Positions 1-13,479 of a stretch of DNA of 64,000 nucleotides are shown piece by piece. The stretch is taken from positions 5,270,001-5,334,000 of the forward strand of contig NC_087247.1 of assembly GCF_037042905.1 (NCBI RefSeq), given 5' to 3'. Below the pieces are notes generated by a model. It worked only from the letters and a program-made list of their open reading frames with translations, was not told the DNA's origin and did not search any database. A program made the translations under genes and the position numbers. The stretch comes from Lytechinus pictus. Lineage: Eukaryota. Every line of letters starts with the position of its first letter. The first letter of the stretch is position 1.

Positions 1-389
1 TATTACATGAATCATAAATGTTTCATTTTTTTCATACTTGTGTAAATGATGTGTCTCCATTGTGATGAAATAAGTTGCGGCAATAAATAACTAATGCTTT
101 TAATCAGTTTTCAATCCAATTGTTTTAGTTCATGGTAGAAAAAAATTAATAAACCTAATTTCATGTGATAAAATACAAAAGAACAAGTGGGGATATGACA
201 TCATCAGCCCACCTAATGAATATTCTTAATGACATGGCTAGAACTGTTTCATCGGAATTATGCAAAACTTTAAAATTCAATAACTTCGTTATTTGTTATC
301 CGATGTTGATCAAATTTTCAGCATTTTGCTTTGTGAATCTTATTCTATTAATTGATATAGAAACATCTCCATTCTGGAACATCCCTTTA
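1..389. mobile_element. Right part of a TTAA-flanked non-autonomous DNA transposon (Kolobok-like)
   Basis: Ends ...catccct-TTAA and is an inverted homologue of 59268-59640 (TTAA-agggatgg...). Confidence 0.6.
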
Positions 390-1068
390 ACAATATTTCG
401 AAGCTGTAGTAAAGGGACAAATAATGTGGATTGTATCAAGCTATCACACAAAAATGTCAATCATAAAAAAATAGTAACCGTTCTATATTTTCACATCCAT
501 TGAGTATTTGAGAAATCTTTGTGAAACTTGAACTGTCGAACAAATTTAGCGCCTTCTCGTGATGAATGAAGGTCATTCAACCCTTTTATATAGCAGAAAG
601 CTATGCACGTAGATTCTATCTTTATTCTATTTTAAATTCCATGCGTGAGAATTCATTTTGTATAAAAAATATGCAAAGAAAAAACTCATTTAAAAAAAGG
701 TCGAGAATCAAACTATTCATTTTCCATTTTGAAGGTTCGATTGAACATTTGACCTGCATAACTAGATTTTTAGATGACACCTTTTAGAAAATAAATTTTT
801 CATGATGTACTCTTTAATCATGGCTGATAATAACTTCAAACATGAAACATTACTAATCTTTGGGTTTGCCAAAATTTAATAGTTAAAACTCTTGACTAAC
901 GAGACCTCTGATTAATATGTTTAAGATCATTCGGTTTTATCTCATGTTCTTCTTTTTTTCCTGCATATTAAAGACTTTCACTTTTCCCTGAAGATAATCC
1001 ACTTTATTTTCATTTACACTCGTTTTCTTTTTGTGCGTGCAGGCAATTAGTAACAAAGGAATAACGGG

Positions 1069-2736
1069 ATGGACAGATTGTTTGTCATCGTTCTGTTTGT
1101 TGCTATGGCAACCATTACGACGGCAGCTCCTGGTAAGTCTATATAAAGATTAATGAATTTCTGTCATGGAGAATCATAACAAATTTGACTCTATCTTCTT
1201 GAAACGGCCTGTAATTACTTTACATTCTCCGAGAATGTCAAGTAGTTATAGACCGTTTCAAGACCATTTTTATTATTATCAATCGGTAAGAATATATTCC
1301 GTAACTCACATAATTATTTTGTAGGCCTAAACAGCCCATGGGCCCTCATGGGCCAGCCGTACGCATCTAGTCGCTTGTCTCACCCGAGCTTTTTGTATTA
1401 CCTTGTGATGTCAATATAAGGACAAGTTTTGTTTTCTTCAAATCAGTAGAACCTTTGATGTCCTATATCTGCATTAAAAAGGAAGCCTTATTTTTGTTAA
1501 AATTCCAAAAATGAAAAATCACAATTCCTTTCAAGCCGGGTATCCCTATTGCATAATGAATGTAATTGCATAGAAAGAGAGTTCTCCACGGTGATTCGTT
1601 GTGATGTGTTTACCGATAAATGACCGAATCTTTGAAAAAAATGTAAAAAAGGATGACATGGTTGAGGTTTCAGCTGAGAAATTTCATATACCAGGAGCAT
1701 TTGATTGGTTTACATTCCAAGTTTTAAAAAAGCTAGGTTTCTCATGATTTTTTATTCTTGGCACAAATAATGCCAAAATCCGAAATGTATTCACAAAACC
1801 CAAACTTTGAAATTACATTTAAAATGATTATCCCTACATTTTCTGAATCCACTTCATTTCTTCTTTCCATCGTAATTTTTCACTCATGTAGTTAACCAGA
1901 GCACAAGTGTGGAAGTTAAAGAACCACCGCAGAACATGTCAAGCGGCCAAATAGACACGATAGAGGGACCGAAAGAAGTATCGAGTCGTGAAGGAGAGGA
2001 ACCGAAACCGGTATCGAGTGGTGAACAGGGGAAATCGGAAGAAGTATCGAGCGGTGAAAAGGCGGAACCAAAAGAAATATCGAGTGGTGAAGAAGATGTA
2101 CCGAAAGAGATATCGAGTGGTGAAGAAGATGCGTCGAAAGAAGTGTCGAATGGTGAAGAAGAAAAACCGCAAGAAATATCGAGCGGTGAAGGAGAGGAAC
2201 CAAAAGAAATATCGAGTGGTGAAGGAGAAGATCCGAAAGAAATATCGAGCAATGAAGAAGGGGAACCGAAAGAAGTGTCGAGCGGTGAAGAAGAAGAAGA
2301 GCCGAAAGAAGTATCGAGTGGTGAAGAAGAAAAACCGAAAGAAATGTCGAGCGGTGAAGAAGATGCGTCGAAAGAAGTATCGAGCAATGAAGAAGATGTA
2401 TCAAAAGAAGTATCGAGCGGTGAAGAGGATAAACCGAAAGAAATATCGAGCGGAAATGAAGTTGGAGCTAAGGAAATATCCAATGGTGAAGGGTGGGTTT
2501 CGGAAGAGGTATCGAGTGGGGAGAAAGGGGAACCGAATGAAATATCGAGCGGTGAGGAACGGGAACCGAATGAAATATCGAGCGGTCAAGAACGGGAACC
2601 GAATGAAATATCGAGCGATGAGGGGACTATCATTAAAGACAATGACAAAGGAGATGACGACACTGATGATGACGATACCGATGATGATGATAATGAAACT
2701 GATGATGATGATGACGATGATAATGATGATGATTAG
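1069..2736 (+). CDS. Gene A: secreted Glu/Ser-rich repeat phosphoprotein, phosphodontin-like (~302 aa); join(1069..1132,1892..2736)
   Basis: Exon 1069-1132 encodes signal peptide MDRLFVIVLFVAMATITTAAP followed by G|GTAAGT (phase 1), with an upstream acceptor tgcAG at 1041-1042. Acceptor tgtAG at 1890-1891 restores the frame of ORF 1909..2736 (VNQSTSVEVKEPP...). There are about 20 repeats of 11-12 aa, E(I/V)SSGEEExPK, then a poly-Asp tail and TAG. The repeat matches my recollection of sea urchin tooth phosphodontin (no search run). Confidence 0.85.
1975..2640 (+). repeat. Coding tandem repeat, 33-36 bp unit (GAA RTA TCG AGY GGT GAA ...), ~20 copies
   Basis: Directly visible. It explains the spurious overlapping ORFs in other frames and on the minus strand. 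Confidence 0.95.
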
Positions 2737-5298
2737 GATAATTAGGATGACGGTAATGAAGCTTGAGGCAAATCATCATGTACGTAGGGTTTTGCAATAA
2801 AAAAAGGGATGGAAAATTTCATGTTACACGTACGTATGTAGTACAAGAAAAGAAATGCTGGATTAATGGAGGTGTCTGAAAAATAACTTTTTATTTTTGT
2901 CCCTTAACTTTGAGAGGTTAATCGTAGGACGTACTCTTAAAAATGTTAGTACAAAATTAAACCGATTACATTATACAAGAATATCGATAGATATAGAAGT
3001 GCTTGTCAAGATATATGATTTAATTTTGAATTCACTCGATTTATTTATTATTATTTGTAATTATTTTGTTTCAGTTTTTAATTAATTAATTGTATATCTA
3101 TATTCGCATTTTCGCTTTGCTTTCAATGTTCCTCGCTTATTTGAGTATATTGTCATGAAATATGGCGAATCATTGTTACCGAAATGAAGACTCGAATTGA
3201 TATTCCAATTCATGTCTGATTTAATTCATTATGATCGCTATACCTCCTGTTGTGTTGAATTTGACGGAAGCATGCATTGTTGAACTCAATACACGTTTTC
3301 ATACTAATGTTTCACTCAGTGATGCAAGTCAGAGGACGGCTGAAATTGAATTGAAATGCTAGTGTTATTATATATGTGTACCCTTTTTCGAGGAAATGTG
3401 TTTTTTTACATTACACACTATTGTTGATAGAAATTCGTACCTTTTTTGATAATAAAAATGATTACAACTACCTGAATATAATTTCATTTACTTGAACCGT
3501 TTGTCAGTTTCGTTGGAAAAGGAACGAAACTAGCAGTGAGAGAGAGAGTGAGAGAGAGAGGGGGAGAGAGAGGGGGAGAGAGAGGGGGAGAGAGAGGGGA
3601 AGAGATGGAGGGAGAAAGTGTGCCAGAAAAAAGACGAGAAATAGAGGGAGGGGGTAGATGGATGTTTAGAGGGTAAAGAAGGCTGAAAGAGAGAGTGGTT
3701 GCAACACTCGTCAGAAAAGTTTAACATTCGTTCTTGCTCGCACAAAAAAAAAACCGAATAAAATACACATGTATCAAAATAAGAGGAAAATTGAAGCTTT
3801 CGTTTAATATGCTTTAATGTTATACACCTCCAAATGTCACCATATACGTTTTAAAACTACAACTGTCACCAAAAATGTAACTTAAATGTATAGATAATGT
3901 AGAAATAATTTACCACCCTTTCAAAAATTAATGTGTGTATGCAGACCGAAGAGGAAAAGTAAAGGGCTGTTATCTATCTATATCAGCAAAAAGTAGGGGA
4001 AATGGCTTCACAGTATTTGCCATAACATATTTTATAGATAGCATTTATATATATCACATTTGATTACCTAGGGTTATGCCAATACACAATATTCATAAAC
4101 ATGAAGAAATCATTCCATATAATCCAATTTCAATATATTTATCACTGGTAGTATGTTTACATTAGAATGAGTCAATCGAACATTAAAATGAACATGAGTA
4201 ATCACGAAAAGATGTCCCACTTGTACAGTAAAGCTCTCTCCCAGATTCTGTGACCCAAGTTATGAAACTAATTCAACCATCAATCAAATCAAAATGAAAT
4301 AGGCATTTAATTAATTTGGAACGTATCAACGTTTGTCGGAGTAAGGTAAGTGTCAGAAAGATGGTTTCAAAGGGTTCTTTCTGCACATGTAAATGACCTG
4401 TCAGTCACCAAAAATAAACTCCTCAAAAAAGTTTGGAAATCTGACTTTGATCGATAATCCCTCCTCGGATTTAGTTAATGTCAATGTGTAATTAATATCA
4501 ATAAATAGATAATTTAATTATCTTTAAAATGATACCCTACAAGATATGATTATGGTTCATATGGAGGTGCAGTGCCTTGAAATGTGGGGCAAGGTCAAAA
4601 GTCAAAAGTTGCAAAATTACACAATATTGAAAGTCACTGTTCTTTTTTCCGTGGTGATGAGTGAGTTTCTCAGCGGTTTCTTTTAATCGTTTTCATGCAC
4701 CTTAACATTAACATGCAATCACTCGCACCTCTGCACAAGCAAGCACATAAGAAACAAACAAACATGCATGAGTATTTCAAACCACGACTCAACGGACTAG
4801 ACCTATTAAAGGCTACTATAAGCTAATTGGTCTAACCTAATTGAACGTAAAGTTCTGAATTAACCAGTTCGAAGTTAACCATAGCATTAGTCGGCATTAG
4901 GTATTAGACAGGTCCAGATTTGAGATAAGTTAATGCGCTAGCCTAAGCTAGCCCTAGTCTATCATTCTGTCTTGTCATTAATGGCAGTTTGATAAGTGTT
5001 TAAGAATTGGATCTAGATATAAGGCCTATGTAACTTATATAAGGGTACCGGTAATTTGAGAGTGCTGGTTAATTTGTGGCAACGTGAGCGCTATAGTTAA
5101 CGACGACCACCGACGATTAATTTTGTACGCGCATGCTTACTCTTATTCCGAAGACGCAAGTCATGAATATTCATATTGGAATATTCATATTGGCTTCCAC
5201 AACTGCGGTGGGAAAAATAATTTCGCGAGCGGCGGGGGGTATAATGTAATGCCAAAGTCAGAACATAATGTAATGTGTCTGTCAGTTTTCTTTTCATT

Positions 5299-8200
5299 TT
5301 AGATTTCGGAGTGGATTGTTCGCATGTCCTGGTCGTTGCATTTGTCGTCGATACAACAAGCTGAGTAGTTTACATTCTCTTTACCGTCAACAATCTGAAC
5401 ATCGTGTAATTCACAATCATCTCCGTTCTGCTTACAACGCCGTTCGATGTTAACGGACCCGGCCTTCATAGTATCGTGGTTAATGTAGCTGAGAAGTCTA
5501 GCCTATAGAAGATAACGAGCCAGAGTGTGTGAGAAATTCATGCTGATCACTCCAATTCATATTATGTACATGTATATTACTTGAATCCATTCAATTATAC
5601 AAGATAACACGTAAAGTTCTTTTGGTGAAAAGTTTTTTTCAGTTGATTTACATGAATCAAGGAACAATAAGATCAAGATATCACCGGTATTGATGAAAGG
5701 CATAAAGAATTTCCGCTCAGCGACGTATAAGAAAATTCGAGAAGAGTGTATTTTTTGTTGAATAAAAACAGCCGTTTAGTGCTTGATTGTGGACAAAACA
5801 ATACATGTGCAATTTTTCATCAGGTCCTGAACAAGGACAAAACTACCGCTCCGGTTACCATTTTTCGACAAACATTTTTAAGTTGTTATTTGTCATTTGA
5901 CGGGCATTCGACAATACATTGACATGAACTCTATTCTTGAATCCTCCGTATACGTCGTCGAGCGAAAAGTCCCTACTATTAACAACGGGACAGAAGTATT
6001 GAGATGGTGGATCGGAGCTTGATTACATTGTTGTGCCAAAATCGCTTATTTGTTGTGGTTTGTTTAAACACGGTAAACAGTCAAAGAAAACTTGCAATGA
6101 TTCTATGTTAATTTTGCTTGTTTTATGATTTTTTCAAAATTATTATAAAAATAACAAAATAACAAAAGCTGAAAAGGTAAATATATAGAGAAGGATTCCA
6201 TGACATTTGCTCCGGCGACAATTGCTCCGATGGAAAATCTGCACATTAAGCCAAACCTAACCTCCAAAACTAAACAAACCCTAATCCTTATCTTTACACT
6301 ATTCTGAATCACAAACTCTAATTACAATCCTAACTCTAACCCCATCTATGCCCTCTGAGATGGACCGGATAAAATGTCGTATTTCCATATATAGATACTG
6401 TGATGATAAAACAACATGTGGCTCTGGTTGTAGAACTGGTTACTATGGTTACAGTATGAATATTGCTCGAGAAATAAGATTTTCCGACATGCCAGACACC
6501 AATATTGTATTCGACTTGTCTATCGCCATCATAACATTGATTCCAGGGGCGGATCCAGGATTTTCCAAGGGGGGGGGGGAAACATTTTCCCGAGGAAATA
6601 TTTAACAAGCAAAAAAAAGTCTTCAATTTCAATGGAGGTGATGGCTCACTTATGTTTTAACGGTATTTTTACATTGAAAAATTTAATCGTGCCTCTCAAT
6701 GGGGGGGGGGGGGGGGGTGGCACGGGCCGGCTTTACGCCCCGGATCCGCCAGTGATTGATTAGCATTTATTCCATTCATTATTTAAAAACACAACACAAA
6801 CAAGGTACATTAAAAAATTACATTACATGGAAAATTGTAGAATAATGCACTAGTGATAAAATTTGGAAAGTATTTTGTAAAAGAGTACATGTGTATGAAT
6901 GAGAAGGCGACTAGAAAGGCAAAGCCCTATTAGTGCTGCTACCTTTACACGTTTGTCAAATAATTCCTCATTCTCCATACATGCACCCGAACAATGTACA
7001 AACTGGTTCGCCAATGTCTTAACCGTACAAATAATAAACTTACGTAGCACTTTGTGACGCCTTGGTCACACTCTACAGGAGACATTTCATCTTGTAAATT
7101 TTTCAGGCAGTATGATTCACCCTTGTCCCCTTTGTTCTCACATGAATAACATTGGAGAGCTAGGGAGAAATCTTCAAAATAGATAAAAAACAAACATCAC
7201 AACAAACAGTATGAAAGAATTGGTTTGCTCTAAAAACGAATAAATAAAATAACAATAAACTAGAATTTTAATTCGTCATGAGGACGAATTAGGTGATCTG
7301 TCTCTGATTTGATCAAGAAGACAATCAGCATGTTTATTGAGATCAATATGATCATGATGAAAACTGAACTTCTCTTACGAAAAGAACGTGTTGAATACTC
7401 TTGAAAAAGAGGGAAATGAAAAAGTTGTGTCAAAAAGTGTAGGTCATACACATATTGTACAGGAACATGTAATGGTCATAAAGGACAATTTGTGAAGTCT
7501 GATGCCTTATTAACTGAGCTACACCATTTCCCCATAGACTTTACACATAAGCAATATTTCCCATAGACTTTACACATAAGCAAATTGAGAGGATCTCAAA
7601 TCCAATTTTGCAAGAGAAAAACGGGCATGATCCCGGCATCTGATCGAAAAATGAAAATCTTTATTTACGATAGCTTACAATCTCAGCTACAACATATTCA
7701 AAGCTCAGAGAAAACCGACAAAAATAAATGGAGATATGGCTCGCGAAATAGAGGAATGTAAAATCCAGTTTTGAGAAAAAGTCATTTCCCATAGAGATTG
7801 CACACAAAATGAGCGAAAATGACATGCCTCTATAACTTGCCATTTTTCAGAATGATCCATTCCTTTAAAAGTAAATATAACCATCAAATAAGAAAGATTA
7901 TGTCCTCAGCTACAACATATTGAAAACTGAGCGAAAATTGACCAATATTTACGGAGTTAGAGTCAAATTTGCATAATTATGATGACGTCATAAGTAACAA
8001 AATGGGAATTTTGAGTTCCGACGCCATTTTGATGACGTCATGATAAAATTTAGGGTCAAATGTGACATGAAATCATATCTCCCATTCATACTCTATTCGA
8101 ATATGAAAAAAAAAATTGGGGGTCAACGGACTTCCTGAAGAGCTATAATGAATTTTGTATAGGCATGTTTTTGCACATATATTGTTTATGGTTAGTGCGC

Positions 8201-9553
8201 GTGCGCGCGCGTGCTGTAAACTTTGATGAAGGCTACTTCCGTTATTACTTGTCGTAGAAGGTTGATCAAGGTATCAAATTGTTCAGAATTATATTATCGG
8301 TGCATTGGTATGAAAAAAAAAATGGTGATCCTATGTTGCATAGTGCCGTTACGCACGAGAACGTGCGCGTAACCGTGCGCGCCCGCAAATTTTTGAAATG
8401 CTTAAAATGGTCTGATTCATACTCTACTTTGGTCAAAAAGTGATTTTAAGCATTTTAACATTTTTGACGCGCGCGTACGCGCACGTCGTGACCTTTACAT
8501 GACTTTTGATGACATGGACAGTTGACCCTTGACCTGAAGTTAATGTGAAGTAAATATTGTTAATTTTTGATAATTGATAATGAAGATATGATTGATTATG
8601 AGATTTTACAAAATGGCGTCTAGATGACGTCATGATGACCTTTTGACCTTGAACCTGTTTCGTCCAGATGACATGGTAAGTCCCCATATCTGATGATATT
8701 TTGAAGATAATTGATAATGTAGATTTTGAGATTTTACGCTAACAAGAAAAGGGTGGAAAAATAAAAATTAAGAAATAAATAAAAAAGAAAATTCGTACGA
8801 AATTAATAGTTGATCTGTCGATTGACAGATCACCTAATAAATGACTGGTAAACCATAATCATACACAACATCCTATAGCTTTTATGTTTCATCTTAAACC
8901 ATCTAATCTAAGTTCATTTAAGGTTTGCCATATCATATGATGTCCCTCATTTCAAGGCAAACTTAATTATCTATAATATTTCCCCGTATTTTAATGACTG
9001 TTTCAAATTTGTAACCTCTTCATGAATTTAGGCCAAATTTTACAATCAAGCTTGTATATACATATTAATGCTTAAAGGTGAAATTCAAACTTTCATATAA
9101 ATATCATGAAATCAGAATTATTTGAGAAGTATACACTTTTTATTATTTGTAAAAAAAACATGCCATCCTTATAAAAAATAAGTCTCAGCATAATTATCTC
9201 ATTGAATTAGTGACTAAAATCATATTTTGGCATTCTTGGACGATAAAAATTAAGTACAATACATTATTTTAAACTGTAATAAAATGCATAAGAATATGTG
9301 AGAAGATGACGTCATCAACCCGCTTACTGCACACGAGGACATGCATAACTTTTTACCAAAAAATGCAAAACTGAGCTAGTATTTGTTTTTTATTCCTGCT
9401 TCATTTTTTTTACTTTTGATTTTACTCTGTTTATATGCTTAAACCACATGCCTTAACGATTCGCCCTAGCTATGAAAGTTATTAATGAATATTTGACTTA
9501 CCTCCCATTATGCCCATGATCACGAATGCTATCAACAGAAGTGAGCCTTTCAT
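5299..9553 (-). CDS. Secreted Ly6/uPAR (three-finger) domain protein, copy 1 (~127 aa); complement join(9553..9502,7171..7044,5502..5299)
   Basis: Spliced product MKGSLLLIAFVIMGIMG|DFSLALQCYSCENKGDKGESYCLKNLQDEMSPVECDQGVTKCY|ARLLSYINHDTMKAGSVNIERRCKQNGDDCELHDVQIVDGKENVNYSACCIDDKCNDQDMRTIHSEI*. It has 10 Cys, an L-x-C-Y-x-C start and a CCxxxxCN end. GT-AG junctions are in compatible phases (1, 0). A second in-frame acceptor 12 nt further in is possible. No hydrophobic GPI signal. Confidence 0.88.
6544..6754. mobile_element. hAT-like MITE
   Basis: TIR caggggcggatcc...ggatccgccagtg with an imperfect 8-bp TSD (attgattc/attgatta). Confidence 0.7.
7260..8837 (-). mobile_element. Non-autonomous Helitron/Helentron-like element
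   Basis: Absent from duplicate unit 2 (empty site aacaataaa|taaatga), with no TSD. It has a 3' CTAG, a subterminal hairpin aattcgtc-N5-gacgaatt, and 15-bp asymmetric inverted repeats at 7288-7302 and 8824-8838. Confidence 0.75.
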
Positions 9554-9784
9554 GTTTGCTAAACAACTAGATCTGTTAAAACAATATGAGAACATTTTAT
9601 TGGTGTGCTACTAAAAGTTGAATTCAAATACAAATTATCAAATATACTGACTATAATCTCAGTCATAGAAGCATTACGACAGGATGCGTTTTACAAGATG
9701 GAATTTGCAGCTTACCTGGTCTAGGGGAATGTTGAACGGTCACCTTGCGATAAGTCTGACTCTCATAATCCGATCGAGCTATCC

Positions 9785-9792
9785 TATTTATA
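9785..9792 (-). promoter_or_regulatory. Candidate TATA box (TATAAATA) of three-finger gene copy 1, followed by a short non-coding exon with donor at 9715
   Basis: TATAAATA lies ~70 bp upstream of CAG|GTAAG. The acceptor aacAG at 9573-9575 precedes the ATG exon. The arrangement is conserved in copy 2. Confidence 0.6.
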
Positions 9793-10494
9793 CAGTATAA
9801 TCAATTAATCTTGTTTCGAGTGACTGTCTGATGAACTACTCTTATCGTATCATATTCATCAATCAAACTTTGGAAAAATAGATAGAAAAAAATATCATTA
9901 GGGTTCAGTGATAGGAAACTGGGAATAACCCTCCCTTATTAGCGTGATCAGAAAGATCATGAAAATAATGATAGGGAATTTTTTACAACCACACTACGCA
10001 TGCACTTTCTTGAGCGTAGAGAATATATTGCCAACAGCCCTTCATGACAAAGCAATCTTGCAACTTTTTCAGCAGCTCCAAATCTAGGGACGACCAGCAG
10101 TTCCCGTTTACCATATTTCGACAATGACCTCCTAGCTGTTTTTTGTCATTTTGACAGGCATTTTCAATACATTACCCTGTTCTTGAATGCGTCCCCGTTG
10201 CAGTTGCTAAAACTCATTAATGAGAGGAGGCGTGGTTCGAGAAGAATATACAGTACATAAAATAAATTTGATTGTGATATGATTTGATACAGAGCACGTG
10301 GTGATGTGTAAATGGGATTTACGTGATCTTTAAACGTGATTTGTTTGACGTGTAAGCGTGAACAAATCCCACATGAAAGATGTCGCCATCGTGAGTTTGC
10401 TGTATAGGCGAATACCCCAGTGTGTACATGATGACCAGAAAATGTTTTAGCATTGCATTTCGTAATCTGAGAGGTATCGTGTGAAGGACTCGAA

Positions 10495-10871
10495 GGCCCG
10501 TATTGTGAAGTCAGGTTTAACTTAGACCATGGTCTAACTCTCTGCTAGAATTATGGGAAGCCAGATGTGTCAGAATTGTTTTATTAGGTTGTATGTTCCT
10601 TATATTTACTGTGCTCTTTCCTGATTCATCGATGGTGAAGACGATCATCTATTTATACTTCCTAGACAATTATGAATGATTTGAGAGCCAAATGAGCTCA
10701 AATATGATATCTCTACTGTTAGTGATTTATGTAACAATTGGCTATCCATACTTAAACCACAACTTTAAATCTGAGTTTAAGTTTAAGTAAAGCAGTTTTA
10801 AGAACTGAACAGGCCTACCCTGCAGTATAAAATAAATAAATAAAATTTAAACCGACTTCAGAATACGGGCC
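10495..10871. mobile_element. MITE (PIF/Harbinger-like), also at 25280-25591
   Basis: TIR ggcccgtattStgaagtc with a 3-bp GAA flank on both sides in this copy. It is present in both duplicate units, so it predates the duplication. Confidence 0.7.
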
Positions 10872-11916
10872 GAAGTGTCTCCAAGATATTCAGGTCCTAC
10901 CCATTGTACTCCTGTGTATGGTGTATCACGTGATATGCCCCTTGCCATGTTGTTATCGATTTGAATTTCGAAGCCATATGGATCCTTACGACATAAATCT
11001 AACTGATATTCAATCACCGGTATGTCACTTTTTAACTACAGTGTTTATTACTGAAGTGTTTTTAAAATGATGAATATCATGGCAGCTACGTGTTTTGCCC
11101 AAAGTACATCGAACCTTTCTGCTCATGAGCTCATAGTACGTTTTCATTATCTTATACGTGAATATCTTAATGTAAAACATATGGCACGAAAAACTTAATT
11201 CTATTTCAATAAATAGATGAACAAAATATATATTTGATGATTTTACTGAAATGTTTTGTGTGTGACATCTACATGTAGGCTATGTGTTCTTCACAAAGTT
11301 CATTTAGCCTTACTATTGTAGAATATATATGAACTAAATATTTTAGTGACAGAAGAAAATAACACGAGTTAGTTTATTTCCAATCAACGATTAAAGTAAA
11401 ACCAAACAACGGTGATGGCGGCACAAAACGAAGTCTTGCACAAATTGCATAGACAATGTTTTAGCTAAAAATACTGAGAGAAGAAAGATTTTTATGTGAA
11501 ATCAACGATGGAATGAAAAGAGTACAAACAAATTTGGTATCACTACCATGGTGATACTTTACTAAAATGAGAATTAAAGTATAAAAATAAAGTTGCAGTT
11601 ATTTACTTACTTTCATGCAACAGTTCTATGCAAAACATGGCTCCGACGATGTCACATATACGACCTTGAAAATGCCACAACATGAATGAATTACATTGCA
11701 ATATTTTTAACTACTATATTGTAAAACATGGTTCAATATAAACCCCAACTTTGGAAATGCAAGAAAATTGTTATCAAATTATATCAATCTCTTTGTAACA
11801 AACACATGGACAACGAAACAAACAGTTTTGTAAACATGAACCAATATAAATTATGTAGATAAGCAAAATGAAATAAAGATTGAGAAACAGAAGGGGAGAG
11901 AGACAGAGAAAGAGAG

Positions 11917-12720
11917 CAGGGGCGTAACAGGGGTCGTTGGCCCGGGGAGGGGGGGGGGCAAGAGCCATAAATTCCTGGTCATATCATGGTATGAACAGGA
12001 TTTTTTTTTAAATGATTGTACCCCGAGCAATAGGGCGAACCTCAGTGCATGATAAGTACAAAAAGAGGGGGCATAGTATGGCGCGCGCAGCAAAAAGGTG
12101 CTTAATATAAGTCCCGAGCGAGCGAAGCGAGCGAGAAAAAATTACCCCAACATGATAATCTAACTTTGAAATTGATTTTGACATGATATTCAGAAAGTAA
12201 CCTCATATCTTACATCTTCCTTTCCTTTTCTTTAATCTTTTATTTTTTGTTCTCGGTTGTAGAACAGTGAATGGATGAGAAAATTTTAAAAAGTGAAAGA
12301 ACGAAAAAGCTGTTTTGGAGCATTTTGCAGCTTTAGTAGGAGGCTTATGACAACATTTTTTTTATTTTTCAAAATTTCAGGGGTGGGGCCAACTCACTGG
12401 GGAAAATCCCCCCCGTGCCTCATCCCTTGGCGCCGCCACTGCTCTGGGGCGGAGCCCCCACAACCTTGTGATCGTTTTAAACATTGCAGATGGCCACTAC
12501 TTTATCAAATCGCGGGTACATACACAACACATAATAACGTCAATGCAGTTGCGGGTAAAACGAAATATCCTGAGACAGCAGAGCATAGCAAATGTGGAAA
12601 AAAATTGTATAATTCGACATCGAGCGAAGCGAGCCAGAGCCCTTTAAAATAATTTTGAATAAATTCTACTTATGTGATAGTAGCTTTGGAAATTTAGCCA
12701 AAGTAAACATTAAAAGGCTT
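11917..12720 (+). mobile_element. Partial copy of the hAT-like element at 13874-15489
   Basis: Starts caggggcgtaacaggggtcg and is colinear with 13874-14750. The right end is unclear. Confidence 0.6.
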
Positions 12721-13479
12721 TTACGGGGGCCAGCGTGAAGTTTTACTTAGATTAGGACATAATATAGGGCATTATATGACACCTAGATAGATCCCTGTGA
12801 TTTGATTGGTTGTTTGATATCGTTCATTCAGCCCATTTTGCAATGACATCACCAACCGTGCAATTTTGGATTCATACGCAACACGATTACATACATTTTA
12901 AATCTGCTGCCAGTTTTATGATTTTTATGGGTAATTTGCATATTTTGGCGGCCATATTGGATTTTGCCAATTTGCGGAAAATGCTCAAGGTTACACGAGT
13001 GGCATAATTCAGATTCGTAATCAGCACCCTCGAATTGACAAGAATCCATCAAAAATATTGTATATATGAAAAAACAAGGTTTTTAATCAATTTTCTATGG
13101 GGCCTATCCTGGACTATCAGTCTAGTTTGATCTGCGCTTAATTCATGCCCGCAAACACACACACCCTCACCTTCAAACACACAATAAGGGAAGTAGACAC
13201 ACACATGATTAGTGGTACAAACTGAGGGAGCGCTAGCGTACCGTTCAATGGAAAAATAAAAAAATGCACGGTCATCGTGCAATGCGAAAAATGCATGCTG
13301 TAAAGAATGGACCAAATATTGAAAACATTTCAACCAATCAGATGGCCAGAATCTTTGTTCGAGTTATATAGATTGAAATATAGCGCCATCTCTCGGTATT
13401 TTTTTTTTTAATAGGCGTTTGGACATCTACTCTACATAATTATTAGTACTAAGAAAATAAAAAGCTACTGACAAAGATT

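Larger units (their letters stand above)
3540..11840 (+). repeat. Segmental duplication, unit 1 (carries three-finger gene copy 1)
   Basis: Colinear near-identical blocks: 3640-3700 vs 19010-19070, 3770-4790 vs 19430-20420, 5260-5640 vs 22240-22620, 6940-7260 vs 23300-23620, 8840-11450 vs 23625-26155, 11755-11840 vs 26160-26230. Boundaries are approximate. Confidence 0.9.

Noticed and set aside
1884-2800. Overlapping Ser/Pro-rich, Leu/His-rich and Lys/Arg-rich ORFs (1884..2483 -, 1916..2404 -, 1988..2800 +)
   Set aside because: Shadow frames of the 33-bp coding repeat. Only the acidic frame splices in phase to the signal exon.
5299-5313. C-terminal HSEI/HSEN of the three-finger proteins as an ER-retention signal
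   Set aside because: Lacks the terminal Leu of KDEL/HDEL-type motifs, and the last residue differs between paralogues.
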